A stretch of DNA of 64,000 nucleotides. Origin: Octopus vulgaris (Eukaryota). This document shows positions 63,061 through 64,000 of the stretch, in pieces. The notes below the pieces were generated by a model. That model worked only from the letters and a program-made list of their open reading frames with translations, was not told the DNA's origin and ran no database searches. The stretch is taken from contig OX597815.1 in assembly GCA_951406725.2 (NCBI GenBank), positions 85,064,001-85,128,000 of the forward strand. Direction: 5' to 3'. The stretch's first letter is position 1, and the number at the start of each line of letters is the position of its first letter. The translations under genes and the position numbers were made by a program.

Positions 63061-64000
63061 CATGTCATGCTGCAAGCCTGTGTCTGTTGCATCAAGCAAG
63101 AAAATGTTCAGCATATTTGCTTTTTGAAGACCTGAATCCATATCACAATGATGCAACACTGTCTGATACAATGTGCTGTAATGCATTTACATAAAAATTT
63201 GTGCAATGAAAACACTTTGGACATCCTCTTGGAAAACTTCATCGCCAAAATGAGCCAGTATAGAAAAATTTTTGGAATGACTTGAAACATTACTTTTCCA
63301 TATGTAATAATAAAAAATATTATTATACCTGTGTTTGTTTTGATATTAAGGTTGAAAAAAAATTGGACCTGAGTTTGCACCCACTAAGCACATTTTTGTT
63401 CCCAGACCACTGCAAGCTGATATATTTCTCTGTAATGTATAGCGATGAATGTGAAATCAATGATTGATTTATGGGGTGCTAGTACTGAGCTTTGTTTCAT
63501 TTACAGCACATTTTTCTGACAATAGACTGGCATCCTGTCTATTGTGAGATTTGTTTCATGTCTGAGTAATGCTACAGAAACTGAAAATAAAGGCCCCATC
63601 AGAGAATTTGATAAAAGGAAATAATCATATGATTTTTAACAGTGGCACTAAACCACAACTTTGTAGAGAAGCACTGGATGATAATGATAATGATGATGAA
63701 GATAATCATTGTCAATATTCTGTCTATCCTAGAATTTAAAATAGTTTCTATTATCATAGAATTAAAAAACTCTCAACTATGATTCCCTTTGTGTGTGTGT
63801 GTGTGTGTATGTGTATGCTGTTTAGGGGCTACACACAATTCCTTTATGTAAAGGGAGAATGAACTGGGAAGATGACCTAAATATTGGAGAGTTTTATTTA
63901 TTCATTTGCTATGACTAATTCTTAATACATCGATGAATTAAAAATAGAATAAAGTGTAAGTAAATAATATTATGATTACCTCTGCCTTGGCGAAGGCAGA

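Overview
Eukaryotic, AT-rich, repeat-saturated DNA. The SINE, RTE-tail and microsatellite families look like those of Octopus (cephalopod); it is probably intronic or intergenic. No intact host gene is visible, only one candidate micro-exon and one candidate recursive splice site. Most listed ORFs are microsatellite or repeat artefacts. The window holds many tRNA-derived SINEs and RTE 3' tails, decayed RTE, R4/Dong, CR1-like and Penelope-like (PLE) retroelement fragments, mariner pseudogenes, hAT/piggyBac/mariner MITEs and Helitron-like elements. Three things stand out. (1) Short insertions sit in (TA)n tracts, many are fold-back palindromes, and several carry type-I hammerhead ribozyme cores of the PLE kind (about 13.8, 18.3, 37.7/37.8 and 40.1 kb). 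(2) One fold-back continues into an inverted copy of the flanking DNA after a template jump. (3) An 8.1-kb composite between two TA tracts consists of about 18.5 near-identical 372-bp units, five 155-194-bp units and a young RTE tail. All calls were made by eye; nothing was searched or folded computationally.
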